DNA from: Octopus bimaculoides
Taxonomy: Eukaryota
DNA length: 64,000 nt
Assembly: GCF_001194135.2 (NCBI RefSeq)
Contig: NC_068983.1
Location: 16,706,896 to 16,770,895, forward strand
Direction: 5' to 3'
Positions 37,557-49,495 of this stretch are shown here, piece by piece (the first letter of the stretch is position 1; each line of letters starts with the position of its first letter). The notes beneath the pieces were generated by a model that worked only from the letters and a program-made list of their open reading frames with translations, was not told the DNA's origin and ran no database searches. A program made the translations under genes and the position numbers.

Positions 37557-37727
37557 GTGCTTTCCATGTTTCCGAATGTGTGCAAGTTGTTATGGTCCAG
37601 GAGAGAAACAATGTTTAACTTGTTCTAGTAATTTCATTCTTATAAAAGGTTCTTGTTTCCCCACCCCTTGTTCTATGGGATTTTACCAAGACATCAATGG
37701 CACTAGCAATAGTCCAATATGCAAAAG
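37557..37727 (+). CDS. Convertase exon 6: FU repeat 4
   Basis: ttttgcag|G acceptor; ECFPCFRMCASCYGPGEKQCLTCSSNFILIKGSCFPTPCSMGFYQDINGTSNSPICK; AG|gtattt donor. Confidence 0.95.
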
Positions 37728-37778
37728 GTATTTAGATAATAACTATGTTGTACCTTTGTTGATTTTTATATATATATA

Positions 37779-38361
37779 TTGGGTTGTCCAGAAAGTTTGT
37801 GCCGATTTATAGCAGCTTACCTTTCGACTTATTTTAGAACATGGTTGAGTCCATAAAATAGGATTTGACTACACCTCCATTTATGCTATCTTTTCATGGA
37901 AGAAGGTTTATGTTCCTATAATCTGTGTTAATTCTGTAACCCTTTGAAATGGAAGATAAGAAAGTTCATTTTCAGCACTTGATGCTTTTCTTTTTCCGTA
38001 AAGAGAAAAATACCTCACAAGCAATCAAAGAAATATGCGCAGCTTACGGTGATGTTTCTTTATCCGAAAGAACTGTATGGAAGTGGTTCGTAAGGTTCCG
38101 AGCTGGAGATTGTAGCCTTATTGATAAAGAGCGATCAGGCAAACCATCAACTACAGATGATGACCAAATCAAGTCATTAATTGAGAATAACCCACATTGC
38201 ACAACCCAAGAATTGGCAGAAAGCCTCAACCTATCAAAATCCGTCATTCATGAGCACCTGGTAAAGCTTGGGTACACAAATCGCTACGATGTTTGGGTAC
38301 CACATGAGTTGAGTGAGAAGGACCTTTTGGAAAATTGGCACAAACTTTCCGGACAACCCAA
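37779..38361 (+). mobile_element. Internally deleted mariner (583 bp) retaining the DNA-binding domain
   Basis: 30-bp TIRs ttgggttgtcc(a/g)gaaagtttgtgcc(g/a)attt, TA TSD; open frame from ATG 37949 through WVPHEL, catalytic domain absent. Confidence 0.93.
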
Positions 38362-38530
38362 TATATATATATCCATATGTATATTTATCCTTATGTATCT
38401 TTACAGGTTTCTCAGTCTCTATTTAATTAACATTAGTACTTATGTTGAGGTATATGTCTATATATACCTATGTGTCTGTGTAGGTCTCTCTGTTTAGATC
38501 ACTGTGTTATTACCTGTGTTGATATGTATG

Positions 38531-38571
<41 letters not shown>

Positions 38572-38972
38572 NNNNNNNNNNNNNNNNNNNNNNNNNNNNN
38601 NNNNNNNNNNNNNNNNNNNNNNNNNNNNNNNNNNNNNNNNNNNNNNNNNNNNNNNNNNNNNNNNNNNNNNNNNNNNNNNNNNNNNNNNNNNNNNNNNNNN
38701 NNNNNNNNNNNNNNNNNNNNNNNNNNNNNNNNNNNNNNNNNNNNNNNNNNNNNNNNNNNNNNNNNNNNNNNNNNNNNNNNNNNNNNNNNNNNNNNNNNNN
38801 NNNNNNNNNNNNNNNNNNNNNNNNNNNNNNNNNNNNNNNNNNNNNNNNNNNNNNNNNNNNNNNNNNNNNNNNNNNNNNNNNNNNNNNNNNNNNNNNNNNN
38901 NNNNNNNNNNNNNNNNNNNNNNNNNNNNNNNNNNNNNNNNNNNNNNNNNNNNNNNNNNNNNNNNNNNNNNNN

Positions 38973-39027
<55 letters not shown>

Positions 39028-39029
39028 TA

Positions 39030-39036
39030 TATTATT

Positions 39037-39071
<35 letters not shown>

Positions 39072-39410
39072 TTAGCATCTGCTTTCCATGCTGGCATGGG
39101 TTAGACTGACTAAAACTGGTAAGCTGGAGAGCTGCACCAGGTTCCAGTCAGATTAGGCGTGGTTTCTATGGCTGGATGTCCTTCCTAATGCCAACCACTC
39201 CAAGAGTGTAGTGGGTGCCAGTTACATGACTCTAGCATCAGTCATGACTATGGTTTCACATGACTTGACAGGTCTTTTCAAGCATGGCGTAACACCAAAG
39301 GTCTTGGTCACTTGTCATTGCCTCCATGAAGCCCAATGTTTGAAGATCATGCTTCACCACCTCATCACATGTCTTCCTAGTTCTCTTCACAGTCAGAGAT
39401 CGGCACTTTT
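39030..39410 (-). mobile_element. RTE LINE 3' end including the ORF2 terminus
   Basis: RC encodes RTRKTCDEVVKHDLQTLGFMEAMTSDQDLW directly followed by the family-Y 3' UTR and (gat)n. Confidence 0.85.
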
Positions 39411-39485
39411 TTTACACATGGCAAAAGTTAACTATTTCTCCATAGATTGATAAAAATGGCAGTCTTAATCAATTCTGAACATTAT

Positions 39486-39870
39486 GTATTGTTGGCACTC
39501 CGTCGGTTACGACAACGAGGGTTCCAGTTGATCCGATCAATGGAACTGCCGGCTCGTGAAATTAATGTGCAAGTGGCTGAGCACTCCACAGACACGTGTA
39601 CCCTTAACGTAGTTCTCGGGGATATTTAGCGTGACACAGTGTGACAAGGCTGACCCTTTGAAATACAGGCACGACAGAAACAGGAAGTAAGAGTGAGAGA
39701 AAGTTTTAATGAAAGAGTACAGCAGGGTTCACCACCACCCCCTTCCGGAGCCTCGTGGAGCTTTAGGTGTTTTCGCTTAATAAACACTCACAACGCCCGG
39801 TCTGGGAATCGAAACCGCGATCCTATGACCGCGAGTCCGCTGCCCTAACCACTAGGCCATTGCGCCTCCA
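39486..39870 (-). mobile_element. Full-length tRNA-headed SINE, head A + tail 1, 11-bp TSD
   Basis: TSD CTGAACATTAT at 39475-39485 and 39871-39881. Confidence 0.93.
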
Positions 39871-41029
39871 CTGAACATTATATATGCATACATACAGACA
39901 TGCGTGCATGCATGCATATATATATATATATATTTATTTGTGTGTGTTTGTATAGGTCTGTTTAGATAACTTGATGTTTATGTGTGTATATATATATTTA
40001 CATGTATCTGTATGTAGCTATGTCTGTTTAGGTAACTATGTATACCTGTATCAATGTGTATGTATGTGAATATGTACATGCATGCCTCTGTCTGTCTGTG
40101 TATGTCTCTGTCTGTCTGTGTATGTCTCTTTGTCTGCTTAGATAACCGTGTACTTGTGTTGTTGTGTATACTTGTGCATGTCTCTGTGTAACTGCATCCC
40201 CTGACCAGGACAAGGATAATAATTGCATTAAGTGTACCCTGTACATTCTGTAAAGTGGTGGTGATAGGAAGGGCATCCAGCTGTAGAAACCACACCAAAA
40301 TGGAAACTACAAGTAAGTACTCTAACTCCGAATAAGAACTGACTTGGATGATGACCCATTCTACCTATGCCAGCATGGAAAACAGACATAAAATAGTGGT
40401 GGTGGTGGTGGCGGCGGTGGATCCAATGTCTTTTCCTGCCTTAATTGCTTTATGTATCACATTGCTGTCAAGTATAGTGGCTGATCTCTCTGTTGGGTCA
40501 ACATTGGCAAGACTTTCTTTCTTCCTTGCACTCTCAACATTTAATAGCGTTTCGTTGTTGCACTTCTGTGCCTCTCTCTTTTCAAAATTTCTAAATTCAA
40601 GTGATCATTATCCACCCACACATACAATTATATGTGTGTATTGTACATAGATATGTAAACATGTATACTAGCTACAAAAAGAAGAAGAGTGTCTATTCAG
40701 AGTTGTTTTTTTATACTACAAAATATGAAATAAAACAAAATAACTGTAAATCTTATGTATTCTAATACAGAAAAAAGAAAATTAATTTTTAAATATGTCA
40801 AATATTTCTATTCTATTATTTATGCATAAGAATAACTTCTGTTATAACTATCTGTCTCTTGTGTAGGTTTCTTGCTATTCTGTCATAGAAGTACAACAGA
40901 TTATATTGTACTTAGAGTAATTTGTTTGAGTTAAAAACAATATGTATGTGTGTGTGTGTGTGCATATATATATATATATATTGGGTTGTTATTTATGGGA
41001 TGACACAATTTGTGTGTGTGTGTGTGTGT

Positions 41030-41225
41030 ATCATCATCATTTAACATCTGCTTTCTATGTTCTCATGGGTTGGACAGTTTGACTGGAACTGGCAGGCTGG
41101 AGAGCTGCACCAGGATCCAGTCTGACTTTGGCGTGGTTTCTATGGCTGGATGCCCTTCCTAATGCCAACCACTCCATAGGGTATGGTGGGTGCCTTTTAT
41201 GTGTCACTGGTACTGGCCACAACCA
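41030..41225 (-). mobile_element. RTE 3' end (family Y)
   Basis: (cat)n-ttaacatctgctttc...ggatgcccttcctaatgccaaccactc. Confidence 0.8.
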
Positions 41226-41675
41226 TGATTTCACTTGGCTTGACAAGTCACACACATAGTCACAAACATACACTCATACATATATACATGTATACATGTG
41301 GAAGACATCACACGTGATTAGGGGCAGCCCAAAAATTTCATCAAGGTAATACCTCCCTATGCAACATGATGTTGTTGTGAAGCTTAAAATATCTGGTGGT
41401 GTTGGATATATAGCCTACTTACTTGCATAGTAAATGGCCAGGTCATGAAAGTTACAGAAAGAGTTATAAATTAGTTGGAGAGAAAGTTAGACTTGATAAG
41501 AAGCAGTTCAGTTTTGTGTAAGGGAAAAGTACTACTTCCTGGTGGGGCAACTGCAGGAGTATTTAACTAAAAATAAACTGTTGTACTTAGCTCAGCATTT
41601 GTCAGCCTGGGGAAAGCCTACAACATAGTCCCTCACTCTGTGATCTTGAAACCACTTACACATATGTATGTATGA

Positions 41676-41972
41676 GCGAGATCGTTGCCAGTGCCGCCGA
41701 ACTGGCTCCTGTGCAGGAGGCACGTAAAATACACCATTTTGAGCGTGGCCGTTATGAGTACCACCTGACTGGCCTTCGTGCCGGTGGCACGTAAAAGTAC
41801 CTACTACACTCTCAGAGTGGTTGGTGTTAGGAAGAGCATCCAGCTGTAGAAACTCTGCCAAATCAGATTGGAGCCTGGTGTAGCCATCTGGTTTCACCAG
41901 TCCTCAGTCAAATCGTCCAACCCATGCTAGCATGGAAAGCGGACGTTAAACGACGATGATGATGATGATGAT
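41676..41972 (+). mobile_element. RTE 3' end (family Y)
   Basis: Closely similar to 17318-17604. Confidence 0.85.
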
Positions 41973-42184
41973 CCATATAAAATATATTAGGTATGCAAGT
42001 TAATCTGAGATAATTTTCTGTTCTATTTTTCAAACTACTATCTTTTTATTCAGTCTCAAAATATATTCCATCATATGAAACATCTGATTTATTATGTACA
42101 ACCTTCATTCAACAAGTCACAGAAACATGAAAGTCCTATATATACATTATGCTGCAAGTAAAGTATCTTACTTTTTCTCCACAG

Positions 42185-42312
42185 ATGTCATGAATCCTGT
42201 TTGACTTGCCGAGGTTCATCAAGTTTAGACTGCAATCTATGCCGGTCTTCATATATCAAATTTAAAAATGAATGCAGATTAAGCACAGCTTCCATTTTCT
42301 GCAAATCTGCAG
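42185..42312 (+). CDS. Convertase exon 7: FU repeat 5
   Basis: ctccacag|A acceptor; RCHESCLTCRGSSSLDCNLCRSSYIKFKNECRLSTASIFCKSA; G|gttaga donor. Confidence 0.94.
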
Positions 42313-43705
42313 GTTAGAAAAAGTTACAAATTTCATTTTATTAACTTTTCTTTCTCATTTTTTTCTTTGTCTTTTTGTTGTTTGTTGCTGATGTTTTTAT
42401 TAGGTTTTTTTTAATATTTCACTGATAATATTATTATTTTATTGTTTTGACAGTGTTGTTAATTTCCTTGTATTGTATGGGGGTTTTTTTGGTTTTTTTG
42501 TTTACTTTTTCATATTGTTCCCCCTGTTAATGCTGTGTAGTATGGCCAAATGGCTAAGAAGTTTGCTGCTGCTGCCTTACCATGAGCTCCCAGGTTCCAT
42601 CCCACTGCATAACAACTTGGGCACAAGTTAATTTTCTATAACCTCAAGTCAGCCCATACCCTGTGAGTGAAACTGGGGATAGAAGCCCTTCAGATACCCT
42701 GTACCTGTAATTCAATGGTACAGCCTTGTTTAAATGGTTTTAGCATTGTTTAAATGGTTGAGCCTTGTTTAAATGGTTTAGCCTTGTCATACACTGTGTC
42801 ATACTGGTTCAACCTGAGAATTACTTTAACTCTTTAGCATTCAGATTATACTATAAAATTTAATGCTTATTTATTCACATTGTTTAGAATTAATCATGAA
42901 TTATCTCGTAGCTTTGAGATTTCAATGATGCGATTACTTAATTTTAGAATGATATTATAGTGTAGGTGTGAGAGGTCAGATCTGGCTATTTTAACATGAA
43001 ACAGAATATTTCTGCCACATATGACCAGAGTTAACGGTACGCATATCTGTAGAATACTCAGCCACTTATTCGCTAATTCAGGAGCAGGTAATCCAGTTGA
43101 TCAAACAACTGAATCTTCATCATCTAAACCAGATATTCTCAAACTTTTTGGGCCACTGCCCTCCCATGCCCCCCCCTCAGCGCCCCCACCCCCTATTTTT
43201 ATATATAAATAAATATTTTATATTTTACTAATTTATATATACTATGAATCATTTAATATTTAATATAATATTATATAATTTGTATACAATATTATAATAA
43301 TATTATAATAAATTCATAGCGTTCCCCAATCCACTGCCTTCCTCCCAACGCCTCCTTTTTCTCTACTGCCCCCCACCCTAGTGCCCCTTTAGGCACCAGT
43401 GTCCACCTGGACCATCTCAACACCCACTAGTTTTCTACAGACCTACACATTTGCACATACCATGTCTTTGGTTAATGTAGAAGACCATGCTGTACACATA
43501 CATGCACTGGTTTATTGGATTAGTTGCAATGAGCTAGTCTGAGCACATTTTCCAACTGCTGCCAATGTTGTTGTTGTTATTTAAGTTCCAGGTGAGCCCT
43601 GATCAAACATATAGGATCTCTATTGGCCATGGCTGACGATGCATTGCACATACATGTGCAAACCTCAGCAAACTTCTTTGAGGAAGACAAGCAATTGTCA
43701 AGGTG

Positions 43706-43860
43706 CAGGCATGACTGTGTGATAAGAAGCTTGCTTCTCAACCACATGGTTCCAGGTTCAGTCCCACTGCATGGCACCTTGGGCAAATGTCGTCTACTAT
43801 AGCCTCAGGCCAACTAAAACCTTGTGAGTGGATTTGGTAAATGGAAACTGAAAGAAGCCC

Positions 43861-43913
<53 letters not shown>

Positions 43914-44155
43914 GTATACATTTATGTGTGTGTGTCTTTGTGTCTGTGTTTGCCCCTCCCCTCCCACCATTGCTTGACAACTGATGTTTACATCCCTGTA
44001 AATTAGCAGTTCAGCAAAAGTAAGCGATAGATTAAGTACTAGGCTTGCAAAAAATAAGTCCTGGGGTCGACGATTGCTTCAACTAAAAGCCCCTTTTTAA
44101 GGCAGTGCTCCAGCATGGTTGCAGTCAAAATGACTGAAGCAAGTAAAAAAGGGTA
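43706..44155 (+). mobile_element. SINE family X, most complete copy
   Basis: aggcatgactgtgtgataagaagcttgcttctcaaccacatggttccaggttcagtcccactg head, (tg)n(ta)n core, gcagtgctccagcatggttgcagtcaaaatgactgaagcaag tail. Confidence 0.85.
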
Positions 44156-44879
44156 ATACAGAAGTCTCCTCTCTCTGTGCCACCAATGTGTTAAACAAGG
44201 GAAAGTTTGCTGACTTAGGCTGATAAAGTTAGTTTAGTATCAGTGTTGTCACTAACATTGCTGTCAACATAAAGAGCCAGAAGATATATCACAAGACAAC
44301 TTACCCAACCATCTTACAACTCCATTAATTTCTCACCAAAGCTTTGAAAATGAAATTTGGTCAGCCAAAACATTATAGAAGCCCATTGGACGGTTTGTGG
44401 CTGTTGTTATGTGTAACTTAAATCTCTTTCCCAATTTGACATCACCACCTGACCCTTGGGTGCACTTTATCAGATTCTTTTGTGTTGCAAACTGGCTTCT
44501 TCAGTATAAACCAATGGGTTACAGTAGCTTCCTACCTCTCATCCTCCCAGTTTCAGCAGCTCTGAAGTCATAAGTGCTGTTTTCCTCTTCTATCTTAGCC
44601 ATGGGGGAAAATACTGCAAAAGTATTAATGGGGAATTAATATAGTGATTGACAAATACGTTATTCAGGTGAAATTCCCTTTCATTTGAAGAAAAAATGGA
44701 TAACCTTAACTATGTACTGGTCCCCTGAAATTACTCAGGTTTAAGGAAAAATTGTAATTTATTATTTGTTTTGTTAATATGGGATTTTTATACATTCTCT
44801 AACAAGAATTTTGTTTTTATTTTGTAATGGAACTCAAATTATTTTTCTTAGTTTTCTTCCTTCATTTTTCTCTTTCCAG

Positions 44880-45127
44880 AATGTCTACAAAAGCGTCAAA
44901 ATGAAGCAAAAGCAAAAACTCATACAAATTTCACTTTCCTATTAGTTTCTTTTAGTATAATTCTCTTGATGATTCTTATATGTCTTATGATATTGTACTT
45001 CAGTCTTTTACATCATAAATTTTGCTGGGCTAACAGATATGAAAAGGTCGGTGATCAAAGCTCAAACAAATTAGTATTAAGCGGAGATTCAGGAGATGAA
45101 GATGAAGAAAAAATTGAAATAAAATAG
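44880..45127 (+). CDS. Convertase terminal exon: TM helix and cytosolic tail
   Basis: tttccag|AA acceptor; ECLQKRQNEAKAKTHTNFTFLLVSFSIILLMILICLMILYFSLLHHKFCWANRYEKVGDQSSNKLVLSGDSGDEDEEKIEIK*; TAG at 45125-45127. Confidence 0.93.
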
Positions 45128-45150
45128 ATGAATGAATTATATTTGTATGA

Positions 45151-45156
45151 AATAAA
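45151..45156 (+). terminator. Candidate polyadenylation signal AATAAA
   Basis: AATAAA 23 nt after the stop codon; AT-rich context, so use is unproven. Confidence 0.35.
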
Positions 45157-45309
45157 AGTTATCTTTCATCTAATCTTGATTGTTTCTTTCTCTGAATAAT
45201 CCATAAGAATTAATTTTATGTCTTCATTAATGACTGCATTCTATTACAGTATTTTTGTTGTTTTTTTTAGTAAATTCATTTTAAATAGAACACACCACAC
45301 ACATATTCT

Positions 45310-46563
45310 AGATATTTCCGACATCTCGTTTATTTTTTCAAACTTATTTTAAACACAAAAAACTACAACAAATTAATCAATAATATACTCTCCGTTGTTG
45401 TTTACGACTTCCTCCCATCGTTCAGTACGTTTTTTGATGCCTCAGCAATGGAAATCTCTGTCTTGACTCAAAGAATTTGTCCAATCAAGCCTGCAATTCC
45501 ATGGCATTATTGAACAGAACACCATGCAAAGCATTCTGAAGCAGTCAAAAGAGATGAAAATCTAATGGCGCCAAGTCTGGAGAGTATGGAGGACAAGGCA
45601 GCACTTCCCATTCAAGTTCTTGAATTGCAGCTTTGGTCATATTGGCAACGTGAGAATAGGCATTGTCATGTTGCAGAAGAATGCCATTTCACCTGTTTTG
45701 CCTTTTTTGCTGAATTGCTTCATTGAGCTCCACATCAAGTGTTTGGTTGCGCTCAAGCAGTTCATAATGAATTATGCCTTCCCAGTCCCACCATACACAC
45801 AACATGGTCTTTCAAGGATGAAGGTCTTGTTTTGTTCACAAAGTCGCTTGTTTGTTGGAGCTGAGCCATTCTTTTCGCTGCTTCATATTGACGTAAAGGC
45901 ACCATTTTACATTGTCAGTGACAATGTGGTAAAGAAAATGCTGTTTGTGACCATGTGTTGAGTGATGTTGAGCAAGCAAACTGGCTGCAATTGTGGAGCG
46001 TTGATTTTTGTTGTTTACGCTCAAAGTGTGTGGCACCAAGCGCCAAGTTTCTAAACCTTGCCCATTGAGTGAAGGTGGTTCACCACAGTTTTTTTTATCA
46101 CAATCCATCTGCTCCACCAATTCTCTGGTCGTTTGACATGGATTTTCGTGAAGAAGTTGATTCAGTCTCTCTTCGGACTCAATTGGTTGACCAGTGTGTG
46201 ATCCATCCTTAAGGTCAAAATTCCCATTTTTGAAGCACGGAAACCGACAGCAGTCAGTACTTTGAGGCATTGCCCCTTCTTCATATACAGCACAAATCTC
46301 ATGAGCAACTTTGGCAACCTCAACACCTTGATTAAATGCAAAAAGCAAATGGTGTTGAAAATGCTCAGTTTTGTCCACTTGACATTCCATTTTAATGATC
46401 TGAAAACACACAAAAATCAATAAAATTTAAAAATCAAAACACACTGTCTTGTAGAGCAAAAAAATCTCTTTTGAATAACATAAAACATTTTACCAATGCA
46501 TTTTATTTCTGCATGCATTTTTAAATTTGAAAAAAATGCTCATGAATTATTCCTCAGCCCTAT
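45310..46563 (-). mobile_element. Degenerate full-length mariner transposon; pseudogene frame ~46390 to 45373
   Basis: RC: MECQVDKTEHFQHHLLFAFN...VPHTLS...IVTDNVKW...LQHDNA...PPYSPDLAP...GEYIID*; stops and frameshifts. Confidence 0.92.
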
Positions 46564-46578
46564 ACAATCCTTGCTACT

Positions 46579-46767
46579 TACTGTCTTTTCTAGCATACAA
46601 TTCAGTGTAGTATTTAGTGTAAACATGTATGTAAACATTCTAACACCATTACTCTTTCCAAATCCTGCTGCATTTCTCATGGAATTTTTCATCCTCCAAA
46701 GATGATCTACCATTTTAGGCTGTAAATTTTGGTGAAAAATTTGACGTGGCTGCTGGAAAATACAGCA
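46579..46767. mobile_element. pogo/Tigger-like MITE
   Basis: tactgtcttttctagca / tgctggaaaatacagca imperfect TIRs. Confidence 0.55.
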
Positions 46768-48083
46768 TATGCATAGAAACACCTAGGAGTATATCCTAAG
46801 AAGATCCAGTCAAGAGAATGATATCTATTGACTAACAGACATACTTCAGCTCTGGCCCACAGACATGCTGTTTCTTCTCTCTGTCTCTTCTATCACTATT
46901 GCAATGCTCTTTGTTCCTCAGGGCTGGCTGCTCTTGTATCTCCTCCATTCAGGTATCCCAACCCACTTATGTTTTCCACCTCTTGTCAGCCCTACACTAG
47001 CTACTATGCTCGGCCCTTTCCCCCTCCCCAGAACATCAGCCCTATAGCATTTCTTCCCTTCTCATATCTTTCCTACAAGTATCAACTAGTAACAGTTTAA
47101 ACACGACAATTGCAGGCCCTCCAAGACCAGTGAGCAGCAAGCTCACCAGTCTCAGAGGGCCTCCAAAGGTCATGGGTACTACTCTTTCCTCTAGACTCAG
47201 AAAGTAAAAAATAAAATTAATAATCAACTGTCAGACTGTTATTTCTCTCCATCCCTTTTACTGTTACTACAGCAGCTCATTGCCCCTCAAAAGTATTTGC
47301 TGCACACAACCTTCACCTAAATTCACACGATATACCTTTCATAATCTGATCATTTCAAAACTTGCTTAATTTTCCTTCTCAGAGCTACATTTAACATTTG
47401 GTTCTAACTCATGTTTCCCCTTCCGGTATCAGTGTTCAGCAATTTAAACTTACTGTGAACTCTGCCTTTACTAACTCTACCTTACTTCTATGCTCCATTT
47501 TAGGAAAACCTATGAAGGCGCATGGACTCATGATTGCAAGATCAAAGTTTCAATTTCCAGATTGTGCAGTGCAAAACACTTCATTTCACATTGCTCTAGT
47601 CCATTCAGATGAGAATAAGTATCAGCAACAGCTGGAGGTTCACCCTGTGACAGACTGACATTCTGTTCAGTGGGGTGTATTATAATCTTGATCAACTATA
47701 TGCCATGGAAATTGTAATAAGTTCCAGCCTAATAAACCTGTAGACCTAAAAAGACTTCATGTACAGCCTCAAACCAATGAGGAAGCTTCTATATGGTTAC
47801 ATGTCTTGTTAGAAATGGCAATGGTCAAATCTCCCTCAAATACTTAAATCATACCCTGCCATCTTAAAAAAGAAAACATTGTTTAATATAGTCTAAGGTA
47901 CAGTATTGCTAAATAAGATAAGACAGGATACACGTGATTTGAATACCTTTGATTATAAGTCTACTAAATCAGAGTCAATTTAGGATCAAACAACCACAGG
48001 TATAGCCTCTCCTCTTCACGCTAATAAAAAAGGAAGAGAAATGTTGTGCATCATGTCATTTCCTGTTTATTACAATGGCCAAT

Positions 48084-48396
48084 GTGGAGGTGCAATGGCC
48101 CAGTTGTTAGGGCAGTGGACTCATGGTAGGAGGATCGTGGTTTTGATTCCCAGACCGGGCATTGTGTGTGTTTATTGAGCGAAAACACCTAAAGCTCCAT
48201 GAGGCTCCAGCAGGGGGTGGTGGCGACCCCTGTTGTACTCTTTCACCCCAACTTTCTCTCACTCTTTCTTCCTGTTTCTTGAGTAACGCTGCGATGGACT
48301 GGCGTCCTTTCCAGCTGGGAGGAACACATATGCCATAGAAACTGGGAAACCGGACCCATGAGCCTGGCTAGGCTTTAAAAAGGGCGCATAAATAAA
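48084..48396 (+). mobile_element. tRNA-headed SINE, head A + tail 2
   Basis: Colinear with 27405-27724; imperfect TSD acaatg(g/t)ccaa. Confidence 0.88.
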
Positions 48397-48434
48397 ACAA
48401 TGTCCAACATTAAATCATATCACTAACATTGAAC

Positions 48435-48487
<53 letters not shown>

Positions 48488-48674
48488 CAATGGGCTTCTT
48501 TCAGTTTCCGTCTACAAGTTCACTCACAAGGCTTTGGTTGACCCATAGCTATAGTAGAAGACACTTGCCCAAGGTGCCACCTGGAACCATGTGGTTCGTA
48601 AGCAAGTTACTTACCACACAGCCACTCCTACACCTATATACAGGCACTCCTATGCCTATACACAGCCACTCCTT

Positions 48675-49495
48675 TCATCATCATCATCATCATCATCGTT
48701 TAACGTCCGCTTTCCATGCTAGCATGGGTTGGACGATTTGACTGAGGACGTGAAACCGGATGGCAACACCAGGCTCCAATCTAATTTGGCAGAGTTTCTA
48801 CAGCTGGATGCCCTTCCTAACGCCAACCACTCAGAGAGTGTAGTGGGTGCTTTTACGTGTCACCCGCACGAAAACGGCCACGCTCGAAATGGTGTCTNNN
48901 NNNNNNNNNNNNNNNNNNNNNNNNNNNNNNNNNNNNNNNNNNNNNNNNNNNNNNNNNNNNNNNNNNNNNNNNNNNNNNNNNNNNNNNNNNNNNNNNNNNN
49001 NNNNNNNNNNNNNNNNNNNNNNNNNNNNNNNNNNNNNNNNNNNNNNNNNNNNNNNNNNNNNNNNNNNNNNNNNNNNNNNNNNNNNNNNNNNNNNNNNNNN
49101 NNNNNNNNNNNNNNNNNNNNNNNNNNNNNNNNNNNNNNNNNNNNNNNNNNNNNNNNNNNNNNNNNNNNNNNNNNCTCGGTCAGTAGTCATCGCCTCAGTG
49201 AGGCCCAATGTACGAAGGTCTTGCCTCACCACCTCAGCCCAGGTCTTCCTGGGCCTACCTCTTCCACGGGTTCCCTCAACTGTTAGGGTGTGGCACTTTT
49301 TCTCGCAGCTATCCTCATCCATTCTCACCACATGTTCATACCAGCGCAATCGTCTCTCTTGCACACCACAACTGATGCTTCTAATGTTCAGCTTTTCTCT
49401 CAAGATACTTACACTCTGACGGGTATTCACATTGACATGACACATCCAACGGAGCATACTGGCTTCATTCCTTGCGAGCTTACGTTTGCCTATGT
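48675..49495 (-). mobile_element. RTE LINE 3' portion (ORF2 C-terminus, gap, 3' UTR)
   Basis: RC encodes EASMLRWMCHV...VQERRLRWYEHVVRMDEDS...GRGRPRKTWAEVVRQDL, then the family-Y tail. Confidence 0.9.

Larger units (their letters stand above)
156..45127 (+). other. Furin/PC5-6-like proprotein convertase gene, 3' part (8 coding exons; 5' exons outside window)
   Basis: Eight AG/GT-bounded exons join with compatible phases (2|1|0|2|1|2|2|1) into one 476-aa frame: P domain, 5 FU repeats, TM, cytosolic tail, stop. Orthology (furin vs PCSK5/6) not resolved. Confidence 0.95.
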
